From Tubiluchus corallicola (taxonomy: Eukaryota; Animalia; Priapulida): DNA of 64,000 bases. The stretch covers positions 149,513 through 213,512 of the forward strand of contig JAQGDQ010000397.1 of the NCBI GenBank assembly GCA_030141605.1, written 5' to 3'. Made by a program: the position numbers and the translations under genes. This document shows, piece by piece, positions 12,926-25,130 of the stretch. Numbering within the stretch: the first letter of the stretch is position 1; each line of letters starts with the position of its first letter. The notes below the pieces were generated by a model. That model searched no databases and was not told the DNA's origin. It saw only the letters and a list, made by a program, of their open reading frames with translations.

Positions 12926-15656
12926 ATGGTTTACCGAAATATACAAGCAGTCATCTTCATTTGTTTATTAGCATCAGCATTGTACGGTAAGTAACGGACG
13001 TGCTAACCTTAAGGGAAATGGGCGAGTGACCGCCGGTTTTAATAAACTTCTCGGACTCTTAGGTCCAGTTTTTTGGGCCTCAGAGATCTCGTAATATCTA
13101 AACTACTTCAATCACCAATGATCAGCCTATCCAACTAATACTCGCTCTAATTTCTGGTTCATTTTCTTAAAACGCGAAGTTACATTTTACAAAATTGAAG
13201 AAACCAAAAGCCCTATGAGGAGATGCCACCTAAAAGAAAAATTAACTGACGTCTATTGCCCTGCTCCTTTGACCAGTGGTCAGTGGTCCACCCTGTTGTT
13301 TGTAACACTACAAGAAGAGCGATTTTTCTAACCACTAACCTCTAACCACTAAACAAGTTGAAAAACATTAAGTTGAAAACAATTAAGAAGCTACGTTACA
13401 AGTGCTGTTATTTTTTCTCATACGTATTCAAATACTGTTCCATTTGATTACCTTTCTAGATAGAAAACGGTGTAACTTAACACAGCCCCGTTTTTGCAGG
13501 TTACTTATCACTACTATCATCATCGTCATCATTGTCATCGTCGCCGTTGCACTCAGTGTTACCATCTTTCAGATGTCCTGTTGGATTTTTCCGCTTGCAA
13601 GGGATGCAAAACTGTTCGAAATGGTTGAACTGTGAGGACTTAACGAAAGGTGTAAAAAAGAAGAAATTTTTTCTCTCTGGTGGCTCAAAACTGGTATTTG
13701 TTAATTAACTATTTTCTACTAAGGATGTCTTGTGCTTTTCATCACCACGAGTGTCATCTAGCTTAGTAGTTAACAGCTAATTACCTGTAACTCAATGTAG
13801 ATTGTGAAAGCTTTCTTCAAGCACAAGAATACTTTTAGCTTAAAAAATTTGTCTTGAAATTTGATACAACTTACATAATGCCTTTTCCCATATGGTACCT
13901 GCATCGGCCCTAATTCTGTATAAAATGTATCAGTTTAAACACCCCTGATGACTGAAACAAGTTTCGATAACACTGAGTAAAGTTTGAAAAAATAATCAGA
14001 GAATTCGTAGCGTGCACTGTCAAGCATGACATTTTGACAATTGGCATGAACATTTTAAATTATTATTATTTCTAGTTACATATGTCTTTCCAGCAGGTAA
14101 GCGAAATGCTAAGTAATATAGTTTTGATTGGAAAGCTTTGGGGACATAATTTAACATCTCCGTTTCTTTCCCCGATTTATGTTTGCGTAGTGACGTCATG
14201 TAATGACGACGTCGGAACAGTATTATGGGAGATTTTAAATGTATCAAGTAAAAAATCTTTTCTACGCGTGTACAATATGTGCATAATATTGCTGTGAAGT
14301 AGTATAAATTTTAAGGCAATTTTTTGAAACCCACTTTAGGTGCCCTATTCTTGTCCTTTAAAAAAGTCTGACATTTATTTGTGAATTAGAGGAGCCGAAC
14401 AACTTCTTAAAATGATTTCGGAGATATAGCTATTAACATGTTCTAATGCTTATATATACTGCTTCCATACTTCCCCCTAAACTTCTAGACTGTTAACACA
14501 ACATCTCGTGAAACGTTTGAGCTGAAAAATAAAGAGATTTTCATGTTGAAAGAGTTTTTAACTTAATTAACTTAAATTTGATTCAGGATACGTTACAGTC
14601 GATTCACGATTTATTATTCGCTCTTCATTGTTCTATTTAAAACACGGCAGCAAGAACGGCTACTGCAGCAGCAAAGCAAAGCAACAGTATCGTTAGCAAC
14701 ATCAGTGCCATCATCTTCAGCAGCAGCAACATCAGCGTTATTAGCAATAGAAGTGTCAGCAGAAATTGCAACAACAGCAGCAGCAACAGCTGCAGCCAGT
14801 AGCAACAACAACAACAGCAGTAGCAACAACACTAATGATGACATCACAATCATCACATTCGCGTTACTCTTTCATCTGTAAGATTTCCTTTTTGCAGTTT
14901 GCCCTAGTAACGTGGAAGAACCGGACAATCGTCATGGCCACAATAAAAAGGACACGCAATGTGGACGGTAACTTGACAAGAATGTTAGAAAACTACATCA
15001 AATTCCAACACAAAACCAACGTTGTTCAACTTATTGGTTACTGCAAAAAAACGTTGACAATTTGTACTGAATACCATAAACTAGGCAACGCAAAGACTGT
15101 TGATAAAGTTCTTGAACAATCATCAGTTCATAATACTGCGAGACATCGTCTAAATTTGTGTATTGACTATGCAGAAGTTGCTGAGTTCTTAGACAAACAA
15201 AACCTTTATCAATGCGACGCACACAGCTTGAAGAAACTGTTGTCACAATACCTCCTCACAGATGATTTCCGGTTAGTTCTCAATGACCTTGATGATATTA
15301 AATCTCAGGAAGCCCGTTGCACGTTTAAGAATCGCACCCTGCGCTCAGATCTGAAGTTTGAAGCACCAGAATCGAGATTGTGGAATGACATCGAGTGCAC
15401 TACAGTTGCATGTGCCGAAAAGCAGAGAGCTATCAAACATGCAAATGAAGTGTTCAGAATTCCAGACGTTTGCTTGTCATTCTTCATTGGGATTGAAAAT
15501 GACCAGAAGAAAAAGGAAAGATTTGCTTTTGCTGTTGACATCCTAGCACCCGTGCATCAGGCTTGTAAAGATGCAGATCCAAATAAGAGACCGTCAATAA
15601 ACTCTGTTGTGAAATTTTATCGAAACGTTCTGGCAAAAAATTCGAAGTTTAAATAA
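12926..15656 (+). CDS. POMK: Protein O-mannose kinase (POMK/SgK196)-like secretory-pathway kinase, 4 predicted exons, about 326 aa
   Basis: Predicted exons are 12926-12986 (MVYRNIQAVIFICLLASALY, signal anchor, donor GTAAGT), 13460-13499 (DRKRCNLTQPRFCR), 13573-13693 (CPVGFFRLQGMQNCSKWLNCEDLTKGVKKKKFFLSGGSKL) and 14898-15656 (FALVTWKN...). All introns are GT-AG with compatible phases (1,2,0), totalling 981 nt. It matches POMK hallmarks: CPxGxFR...NCSxWLxCE, VVQLIGYC, TEYHKLG, RLNLCIDY, QCD (MCD in POMK), LLSQYLLT, NDLD, APE, IPD, HQACK..P.KRP. Exons 3-4 are strong; exons 1-2 are less certain. Confidence 0.88.
14645..14860 (+). repeat. Degenerate CAG/CAA trinucleotide-rich low-complexity tract in POMK-like intron 3
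   Basis: Runs of CAGCAGCAA/CAACAACAG lie upstream of the polypyrimidine tract and acceptor TTCCTTTTTGCAG (ends 14897). Confidence 0.7.
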
Positions 15657-16739
15657 AATTTTTTTCATCGCAATTAAAGACCTAATTATTTGGCCTATAA
15701 ACATGTATAACGTTTATGATAGTAAAAGTTCCACACAATAATAACTAAAAGAAGTAAAGAATTTTGAACATAAATTTACATTGGCAAACCATGCCACATC
15801 CACTACGCCATACCACCCACATCACATCACCCATACTATGCAGCTCTACATATCAACACAAGAACTATATAACCCCACCACACTACCCACACATACCCAA
15901 CCAGTATTTTTAGTGCCTCCCCTGCAACAACAAATCCAAACGCCTTTCCCCACTTTCCCCATCACAACCCAAAATGATCTTTTCTTGTAAAATATTACAA
16001 CAAAGTATAACAGCACCTGTGAGTTAGGCATAATTCATGTGTTATTTATGTTTTCATTAGTGGGCAGACGGTTAGTAAACCTAGCTCAGGCAGTGATTAC
16101 TATTAATATGAACTTACCGTCTGTCCCTATACGTAATTATATGATCCTCTGGCTGTTTCTTAAGTTTGCCCAGTGGCGGTTCGTTTATAGGTCCTGCGGT
16201 ACTGCAGCCCCCCCCCCCCCTGTTTTCACTCATCATTATTGATAATATTAAATATAATAAGTCTTTTTTTCTTTATTTCTTTTTTATACTTTTGTTGAAC
16301 CAGATCACGTGAGTGAAGTACAATTTGCTTCACAGCCCAAGCAACGTGGTGTTTGACTGTTGTGCACATGCGACCATATGCATGTGTCTGAGATAAGACA
16401 CTGTATGCTATTGTCTGCTGCTACGTAGAAAAGTACTGTCTCCGAACACAGTAAGAATTACCACGTGCTTACGTTGTACCATCATATTCTTGGGCGTGAT
16501 AAAATGCAAACTTAGCGTGTGTACTTAATTAATTAACATAAATAATTTAATAATGGACGCTTTGCATTCCCAGAAATAAGTGTAAGTGAACTGCAACATC
16601 TTTTTTTCACAGTTGTCTGTCCATGAGAAAGTTGCAGTTAAGAAAAGAGGCCGTTCAACATCCGATTTTCAAATATAAATAAAACATTAAAATTACATGT
16701 TTGATAAAAATGTCATTTGTTTGTCTTTTCACAACAGAT

Positions 16740-16937
16740 TTGCGAGAGCTTCCTGCTTTTGATGCCGATGTGCCAGCTTTTGTACCAGCATTAGTTGCTT
16801 GTCTCCCAAACTTTTGTCGGACATTAGCAGTTCGTGTTCCACTCTTTGAACCAGCATTAGTTGCTTATGTCCCAACCTTTTCTCCAAGATTAGCAGTCTG
16901 AGTTCCAGCCTTTGTTCCATTATTTGTAGCACTTCTG
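16740..16937 (-). repeat. 33-bp (11-codon) tandem repeat within a decayed minus-strand ORF
   Basis: Units start at 16773, 16806, 16839, 16872 and 16905, with a 66-bp higher-order period. Minus-strand translation is GRSATNNGTKA-GTQTANLGEKV-GT*ATNAGSKS-GTRTANVRQKF-GRQATNAGTKA-GTSASKAGSSR, with one CAA>TAA stop. Confidence 0.8.
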
Positions 16938-18299
16938 CCTGTGTTCAACTCATTTCCAGCTTGTAGAGCTGAAACTTGGGGTACCTTAATGCTACGTGCA
17001 TTCTCACTAGGCAATTGTGGGGCATTTACTGCATTTGGTAATTGTTCGGCAGGCTTCGCCAGATTAAATTTTTCCTAAGATTTTTCTAAAGCAGAACCCC
17101 CACTAGTTTTAGTTATTAGCCGCCACTGAGTTTGCTGCTTCCACCAAAGGACTCTTTTCAATCCTCTTTACTCTGATAATTCTTGTAGCAGAAATTTTTT
17201 CGACTGTAAAAATACACTTCATAACTTCTTCAACTCAGATAACAAATCTAGCACCATGGAGTCACCCAATCAACTTATACTCGCTTACACTCAGCAAATT
17301 TATACACACTTTTCTGCTCTCACATTTTGCTCAAATACGCAAAATCCCTATTGATGTTGATGTTGTGGCAACTGCAGTTACTCAAAACAACCGTTGTAAC
17401 CATTGGTGAACAAAAAAGGGATATGGGAACGTAGCATCGTATACACATGCTAGGCATCCTTAGTTCATACCCCATACATGAAACGCTATGCAAAAAGGAG
17501 ATATGGAAAAGGAATAATAAAAAATCGCACTAACCTATTAACACAAAAAAATATATTCACGCAAAGTCTATTGCTTCATTTCTTTACGAAGAAGTTGGTT
17601 TATGAAATTAGTCAATTAGAGTCATTTTTGAGTCAATTAAGTGTCTGAGTCTATTTATAGAGAGTCTAATAAACGGCCGTCTTGTTCCAGTTATTGCTTC
17701 AGTATTAGTTTTTAAGTTGAAATTTTAAAGTGACGCTGACATCAGGCTGTAATGATTTTAATTCATAAACATGGACTGGCTCTATGGTCAATGTCAGTCT
17801 CAACTGTACACAGTACAATGTATATAATTATACAATATTATAATAACTTCAGAATTAAAGTTGAGAAACATTTATGACAATGTTCTTTAATTTTCATATC
17901 TATTTGATGTACTTCTATGTGAAGCTTTTTATATAGCGTTGCAAAAATATATCTGCAAATTAAACCTTGAATAGACTTAAGTTTTTGCTTTTTTTTATTT
18001 GAAGATATTTATTTCATATAAAGTTTGCGTATAAATACACTTATAATTAATAATACGAGAACATCCTACATAGTCCTCATTTATAACTCAAAGAAAGTAG
18101 CAGCTTTTATTAAATTAAAGTTATAAGGTTATAGGCAGAGTATAATAGATGACGTCAGAACAATGGCTTTGCGTCAGCAGTTTTCCAAGCGAAAATTGCC
18201 AAAAATGGAACATCTAATTAACTAGTCGATACTCCTCTTGTTGGACCTGCCCTAAGATATAGTGTACATCATCGTATAGCCCCGTTCTTCCTCCTTCTA

Positions 18300-18670
18300 A
18301 AGAGCTGTATATCTCCTTCCAAGAGTCACAATATACGCCTTTAGAGCGTTTTTTCTAAAGGGTGTTTGGCCGAAATTTCGAAGAAATTGGGAGTTGGGTC
18401 CATATACCCGCAGTGTGCAAAAGTGAAATCTAAATATGACTATTACACCCAACGTTAAATGGGTTATTCAACTATTACCAGCAGCACCTGTGGCCCGTTC
18501 CAGATCTCTAGAAATAAGAGGTACAATTTTTGCAAAAAACGAGCAAGCATGACCATTTTTGAAGATTTTTACGGCCCCTGTTCCTCCAGTTAGGTCCGAT
18601 TCGAAATATAAACCACCAGGTGCGAACCCTTGGGTGGAGACCTTTCATTTGACGTATAGATCAATAGATT
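18300..18670. repeat. Interspersed non-autonomous repeat (other partial copies at about 24280-24420 inverted and 32320-32365)
   Basis: TCTCTAGAAATAAGAGGTA and flanks match the reverse complement of 24300-24410. GAGACCTTTCATTTGACGTATAGATC occurs at about 18637 and 32331. Confidence 0.65.
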
Positions 18671-19389
18671 AAAATGACTGCAAATTTCTACAACTTTGCT
18701 CCTGTGACTGAATGTGTTGCACTAAACTGTAATGTTTGGTAAAATCCAATAGAGGAGTGCTATCACGATATATTGTGCGTCCCTCATGAAATACAGGAAC
18801 AGATACACCAGAAAATGATACGTCAGAAAACGAGACAAAAAGTAAGACGAATTTTCAAATTTATCGCTCATTAAAAAAATAATTAAGTTGAACTGTAATT
18901 GCGGAAAACCAATCATGTGAGTCTCATTCTTGTTATGCTGATGCCAGTGTTTGTGTGTCACTGTTTTCAAGGCCTCTGCATTCAGGACCACTAGAGAATC
19001 TAGTCAGATGATCTGACTTTCAGATTTGCTATGGAAAGTGTAAACAGCAAAATGTGCACTAGTGTTTTCCAAAAATTTGAACGTTATTTTAGAAGTCAAA
19101 GATGAAGTGAAACCAAATTTCGATTTTGAGTGTAAAATGCGTGAATTTGGTTAAATGTGAAAAGTGTGCATTGTATTTTCTGTGGCAAGTAAATTTAAAA
19201 AAATATTTATGTTGTGATTGTGCTAATTGTATGGCGTGTCAATAATTTTCTTTTCTAATGAATGAAATTACAGCTGCGAATGGTCGTTAAGCTCACCAAC
19301 GCTGGTACCACGTATCAACAGAGCCGAATAACTAGAACAATTATGATAGGCTTACCTACACTTATATAAAATACAAGAAAAAATATAAT

Positions 19390-20213
19390 GCTTCATTTCC
19401 ACACCCCAAAGGAATAAGAAGATCAAGTGTTCTAGTTCGATAATGTCCATCATAAGAATTTCTCACTAGAGTTACTAATTTTCCATTTTCAAGCATCCAA
19501 ACGGAGCATTCTCCTTAAGCAGTACAATGTCAACTAACTTCAGGGTAACTTTCTTGGTTGTGCCAAATGCGTCTGTGCCAAACTGATCAGATATTTTCTA
19601 GATGCTCCAGATGCTTCTGTCAATGTTACAGTATAAGAGTAGTTTTTGGCTGATCACATTTTGCTGGTAGTGGGATCATCATAGTTACCAATAAACCAAG
19701 AAGATGAGCAGGAGTTATTGAAAATCCAGAATCATCACACAAATACCAAATGATTCGAATTCAGCATGACCTCAATTTTGGACAAAATTGTTAAAAGCTG
19801 TCAGACATATTCTTCAGATTGCTTCAATCAGTTCTCACTTTCTTTTTCAAGGGAGACATTGAAACAGCCGCTTATTAAGGTACCATACAGTATAATGAAT
19901 TTTCTAGTAATTCCATGTTGACAACTGTAATTTTTCACACTTGGATCAGTAGTATTACATGTTTTACTGACAGTAGATTTGGTAAGTTTAAAGTTAGCAG
20001 CATTATCGGATGCATTCATTCTGTGCTTTGCTCTTCTTACAATAAATCGTCTGAGGCAAAGTAAGAATTAGTCTGCTCACGAGGCTTTTACTAGTTCCAA
20101 ATATACTGCTTTTGTTGTAAAACATGCATACAAACGCACCTACATTTTCGCTATTGATTGGCTTGTTTTAACTTAGAGTGGTCCAGTGTAATCTAATCCA
20201 GTACATGTAAATG
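19390..20213 (-). mobile_element. BEL/Pao LTR-retrotransposon integrase remnant (catalytic core plus DUF5641-like tail)
   Basis: Minus-strand translation across stops and frameshifts gives FTCTGLDYTGPL; LYACFTTKAVYLELV...FLLCLRRFIVRR...ASDNAANFK; HGITRKFI; ITPAHLL; LVDIVLLKENAP...GKLVTLVRNSYDGHYRT. These are diagnostic BEL/Pao integrase motifs. Confidence 0.85.
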
Positions 20214-20214
20214 A

Positions 20215-21460
20215 ATTATATTTATTTATTTTCTATTTCATTTCAATTAACTTTTCTTTGTATTATCCACTTTCATAACATACAATGCAACATTTAATGA
20301 CACTTCATACTTCTGTTATAGTTGTTGAAGCTTTGAATTTTTTTCTACCTGCCTTATGTTTGTATGAGTACCCACCTATCAATCTCAACGCATAGTATTG
20401 AAGGAGATTTAATTTTAAGTAATTTTCTCTTTTGGTTTTTTGAAGTAGTGTACATCCATATAAGAAGTGTGGTAGAACTAAAGTCTTATATATTAGTGTT
20501 TTAGTTTTCTTTGTTAGTTGCCCTTTAACTTGTCGGATATATGATGTGCTAGATGCCATTTTTGTGTATTATGTTATTAAAGTGTTCATCCCATGAAAGA
20601 TTATTGTCTACTTGTATGCCCAGGAATTTAACATTGTTAGTTTGTTTGATTACAGCATTATCTATTGTCAAAGTGGTTGATGATGCATCATTAGTATTTA
20701 ATGAGGGTGGCAGTATCATGAATTCTGTTTTGTCATTATTCATTTTTAGCTTGTAATGACTAAATGCCATATTTATGTTTTTTATATCTTCTTCTAAATA
20801 ATTTTTTGCAGTTTGGATATTTTCATGAGCTATGTAGATTGTAGCGTCATCAGCGTATTGCGTTATTTGTGAGTGTTGTAATACACTAGATATGTTGTTT
20901 ACATTTACTCAAAATAATAATGAACCTAGTAGTGTTCCTTGCGGTATACTTCTGTTTAACATGGCCCAGTCAGAAAAGTTGGTTGTATTTAACTTTACTC
21001 GTTGTTGCCTATCTTTGAGATAATTTTCTATCAGTATTAACGATATCGAATCTAATCCGATTTGTTTTAAGTTATCGTAAAGTAGTTCGTGATTAATGCT
21101 ATCGAATGTTTTACTTAAATCCAAAAATGCTGCTAAAATGTATTGCTTGTTGTCTAAACTATGTCTCCAGTTTCCTGTTGTGTGTATTAGGGCGCCAATG
21201 GTTGAATGGTGTTTACGGAAGCCAAACTGATGTTTTGATAAGAGTTCATGTTTATTTGCATATGAATTTATCTGATCATAAATAATCCTTGCCCAAACTT
21301 TGCCGAAACAATGGATTACGGAAATCGGGCGATAATTCATGAAATCACATTTCGGATCTTTTTTTATGGATTGGAGTCACATTTGCCATTTTACATACAG
21401 TTGGAAATTCCCCTCTCATAATTATCTGATTAGCAATGTAAGTTAATTATGAGAGGCGAA
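20215..21460 (-). mobile_element. 5'-truncated, decayed LINE (non-LTR, CR1/L2-group-like) reverse transcriptase
   Basis: NYRPIS, QFGFRKHHST, FLDLSKTFDSINH, PQGTLLGSLLF, QYADD (about 20850), LKMNNDKTEFM, VKFLGIQVDNNLSW, YKTLVLPHFLYG. An A-rich 3' tail (AAATAAAT on minus) abuts the BEL integrase at about 20220. Confidence 0.9.
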
Positions 21461-21599
21461 TTTCCAATTGCAGACTTGTTTGCCAGACTAGCAAAGCAAA
21501 TTGCAACAATAGTTAAAGTAATGCATGGTCGTTCTTCAAACAACTACAGAACAAGTTACGTTAATTAAATCTTGCACCTAATAATAATTTCACGACTGC

Positions 21600-22090
21600 A
21601 GCTTACATAAACATAAAAATCACAATAATAGTCTTCATCATTGCTGTCTGATCTGCAATGTAAACTTAGCATCGCTTGCTGAAATTGTCTGGCGCATTCA
21701 ATTTTCGCTGGAATCAAATCTTTTCATTAAATTTAATACAGGTTTTGTACTTAATACATCAAAATACATCACACAAATTGCAACACTCATCTCACGAGCA
21801 CTGCAATCATATGCATACCCAAAAATAACCTTTCCGACGCTTCGTGCACAATTTTGAATTTTAAGATATTATAACTATTAAAATGTCTCCAGGTTGGCTC
21901 TCAACAGAATGAATTACAATAAGCATTAAATAAAATTTAATATCTTTTATCATCAACAAAACAATAGCTCTAAGTTTTCTAATCAGATGGTTTGTGTGAT
22001 AGTAGTATAATGATCTTTGATTAACAATGTGAAGGTCATCTGGGTTATCATTTGAAACAATATGTCCCAAATATTTTTCTTTATCTCATG
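21600..22090 (-). mobile_element. LINE 3' fragment of the same family as the element at 59640-61137
   Basis: EKYLGHIVSND...VNQRSLYY.HTNHLIRK matches EKYLGHII...VNQRSLNYCRTNQLIRKF at 60560-60670. Downstream GATTGCAGTGCTCGTGAGATGAGTGTTG matches 60823-60850. Confidence 0.75.
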
Positions 22091-23039
22091 ATGTTTGAAT
22101 TAGCCAGATTTTTGCAAGCTTTTTCTATGATCAATCTTTTGTAAATAAGCTTATTAGCTTTTGTGTTTTATGAATTTAATAGTTTTTATTTTAACAAAAA
22201 ATTATAATTTTGCTTAGTGGCTTATTCTTGCTTTAAAAGCAATACTGAAAAAAAGTCACAGCTGCTATAAATCGCCGTGGACAGATGTAGGCCTCACAGG
22301 CTTTGGTTAGTGTACAAATATTTGATTTGTAGCAAAAGTTATGGAACTGCGTTAAAATTTACATTTTGATTTAATTGCATAAATGCATTCTCGAGAAATT
22401 AAACAAAGATATGTTTATTTGTGTTCTTACAATTCACGGCTGGCATGTAATTCTGTGGAACGGCCTGAACGAACAATCTCAGCAGTCTGAGATTATTCTG
22501 AGCAGTAACACACAGCCGTGCAGACAGCTTATGCCATTGTGCGCCACATTCTCTAATGCTCAGCCGCCAGTGTATTGTTATTGTGCTTATAAATCATTTT
22601 AATCTTATCAAAACGTGGCATTTCCCAAGCAGTTATATTATTACAAACCTTACTTCAACGATTGCGTATTAACTAGATTTTAAATGAATAATGCTATACC
22701 TACATAGAATCATTTTTCTCAATTTATTTACGTAGTCTTTAATTACTGTTGTTAGTTAATTAATATTTTTTCTTTTAATTCTGCAGTTACAACTTTTTTT
22801 CTTGTTCGATTTTTGTACTTTATTTCAGGTTTTTCACACAGAATCGAAGATGCACTGCCGCTTTTGCTAATATTGGTTTGGGCGCATCCTCAGTAAGGTT
22901 TTGTTTCATTTACTCATAGTATCGTTAAACATAAAAATAAACGCTATTATCATTAAGAAACTTAAGAAAATCACTTCCACTGGAAATCATTATATTTGTT
23001 GGGTTAAACGAATCAGTTACTTACGACAGTATGATCTTT

Positions 23040-23760
23040 ATAATCATGTCATGGGTATTAGCAAGATACCTAATCTAAATATCTAAACTCGTGTACACAG
23101 GGGCAGCGCCACTATCACGGTGACGTCGCACGGCATAGTACATGTGTTTCTGCAAGCACCATGAGCGAAAACAGTCCAGATAAGACTTTGTGCCATAACA
23201 AACACATAGAGGATGACGAAGTATTAGTTTCAAAAAATAGTGTTTGATTACATGTAACCTGCTTCACGAACCTTAAGACCACCCACAGACTGGTTCCGCC
23301 ATATTGCGCTAGATGGTAACTCACTAGTAAGTAATGTCAGACAGTTCTTTCACATTGCGTTTCTCAATTATCACTTTTAACGCCATATTATCAGCAGCTA
23401 TTAACAATCGTCAGCCTCCCAAACCTATCCAAAACAGTGGAATGTGGATTCACAATGTTAAAACCACCATTTGATCCAACTGATCACCACTGAGTTCTAC
23501 TACTTTAACTTCACTAGTTCTGCTATATCTAATGTTAACATCTTCAAAGAACAATCTGTCATTATCTTGACAGAAGCAACCACGTGCCCTCCAAAAACTG
23601 GGGACTTACACCTGATCGCATTCAATGAAGCCACTTTCTGTATTATTATAAGGTAGACCAGGCTCCTTAGTAGATAAGTCAGGCCCCTTAGTAAGCAGGA
23701 AAGTCAGAAAGCAACAAAAATATCAGCCCTATATCTAAACCAAAATATCCATACCATTAT
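23040..23760. repeat. Interspersed repeat, copy 1 (copy 2 at about 58805-59440)
   Basis: Collinear shared blocks: TAATCATGTCATGGGTATTAG, CACAGACTGGTTC, TCAGACAGTTCTT, AAACCACCATT...AACTGATCACCACTG, TTCAATGAAGCCACTTTC, GTAGACCAGGC, AAAGTCAGAAAGCAACA. Confidence 0.8.
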
Positions 23761-24839
23761 GCATTTTCAAGAATAGATGATCTATCTGTGTTCTAGCAAT
23801 TCAGCAAAATCCAGTTAACATGAGAGAAGAGCTTTTCAGAAGTCACACAACCATTTCGCTACAAGGACCTGTAGTGCATAAGTTTTTTCACTAGCTACTC
23901 GTCATGTCACTTCTCCACTTATTCTGTTATTTCCAATATGTTACAGAAGATCAAAAGCAGTTTTGTTTGAGTGCACTGGGAATAAAACTTTGTTAACAAA
24001 GCAAGGGTGTGTTACTTTACTGTGATGCTACTTGCCTAGTGTGGTGGGGTAGTGTATTGTCGGTGTTTTGGTGTGAGTAGAGTGCTGTGATGTGGTGGAC
24101 TTGATGTGGGAGGTGTGGTTTGTCATTGTGGTTTTTTGTCATGTTCAAATTTTTGCCGGGGATTGATAAGTCTTATAATTAATTTTTGTTGTTTCTGGAT
24201 TCATTATATATATTGCACCAAGATCTCTCATCGCATCGTCTCATTAATGGTTTATTTATCCAATTAGGCCCAACTGGGGAAGCCATTTTGCCAAATTTTT
24301 TCAAAATTTATACCTCTTATTTCTAGAGATTGGAAATGGCCATGGCGCAGTGCTGGTTGAAGTTTGGTAGGCCATTTAACGGTGGATGTTATAGGCGTAT
24401 ATTAGATTCGCAGGTAACCATTAGTGGGCGTTTTCACGGGCACAACTCCCGATGATTTATGTCTGAAATTTTTTTTAAATTTTTTTTAAATTTGACACAG
24501 GTTTTTAAGATAATTAACATCGTGTATGTAAGTACCAGACATTAAAAGAATCTGCAAAATCAGGGTTTGTTCATTTTTCACCTTTATCTCATAACTCTAA
24601 GTTCTGATGGACTCCTCTGTTGAAAGTTAAATCGAAGTCAAAATTTTTTGAAAGCTGAGCAGTCAGCAGTCTAATTATTAACAAAGTCCTGTGTTTGCGA
24701 AGGACACATTGTAATCACACGGGTATTTCCTTTCCATGTTATCAGTAAGTCTTACAATGGTTCCGAACTATGATTTCGGTCGGAAAGTGCAGAGAGTATG
24801 GATGAAACTGAAGTTATTTCAAATATTATTTTTAACTTT

Positions 24840-25130
24840 GTCTGAGATTTAGCAGTTCAGCAATTCTGTCTCTGAGCACTGGGAATAGAGCTTTGTTAAC
24901 AAAAGTTTATGCTTGGAATAATATATCGCCCTGGGAGGCACGCAATAAGATGTTTTGTTAAGATTGAAAGAAATGTCTTTTTAGGTTTGAAAGCTTTTCA
25001 AACTGTTTGTATAGCAAATATTGGGCTAAAAGCTTTTCTTGTGATAATAAAGGGTGAGACTGCGTAACAATAATTGCTGTTTGGATAAGACGGAGAAAGT
25101 TTTAAGTGCTCAGCCACCTGAACAAAAGGC
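24840..25130 (+). repeat. Interspersed repeat family (inverted copies at 28190-28640 and 47585-47810)
   Basis: CTGAGCACTGGGAATAGAGCTTTGTT, ATGCTTGGAATAATATA, TTTTGTTAAGATTGAAAG, CAAACTGTTTGTATAGCAAA and GATAATAAAGGG are reverse complements of blocks in 28190-28640. Confidence 0.8.

Noticed and set aside
14587-14700. Alternative POMK exon after TTCAG at 14586
   Set aside because: The frame tested hits a stop, there is no good donor and no POMK similarity, and the 13693-to-14898 splice already gives a continuous alignment.
14766-14897. Poly-Q/poly-T N-terminus of the 296-aa ORF
   Set aside because: It starts at a TTG inside a CAG/CAA tract. A strong acceptor at 14897 and an in-phase upstream POMK exon (13573-13693) show this stretch is intronic.
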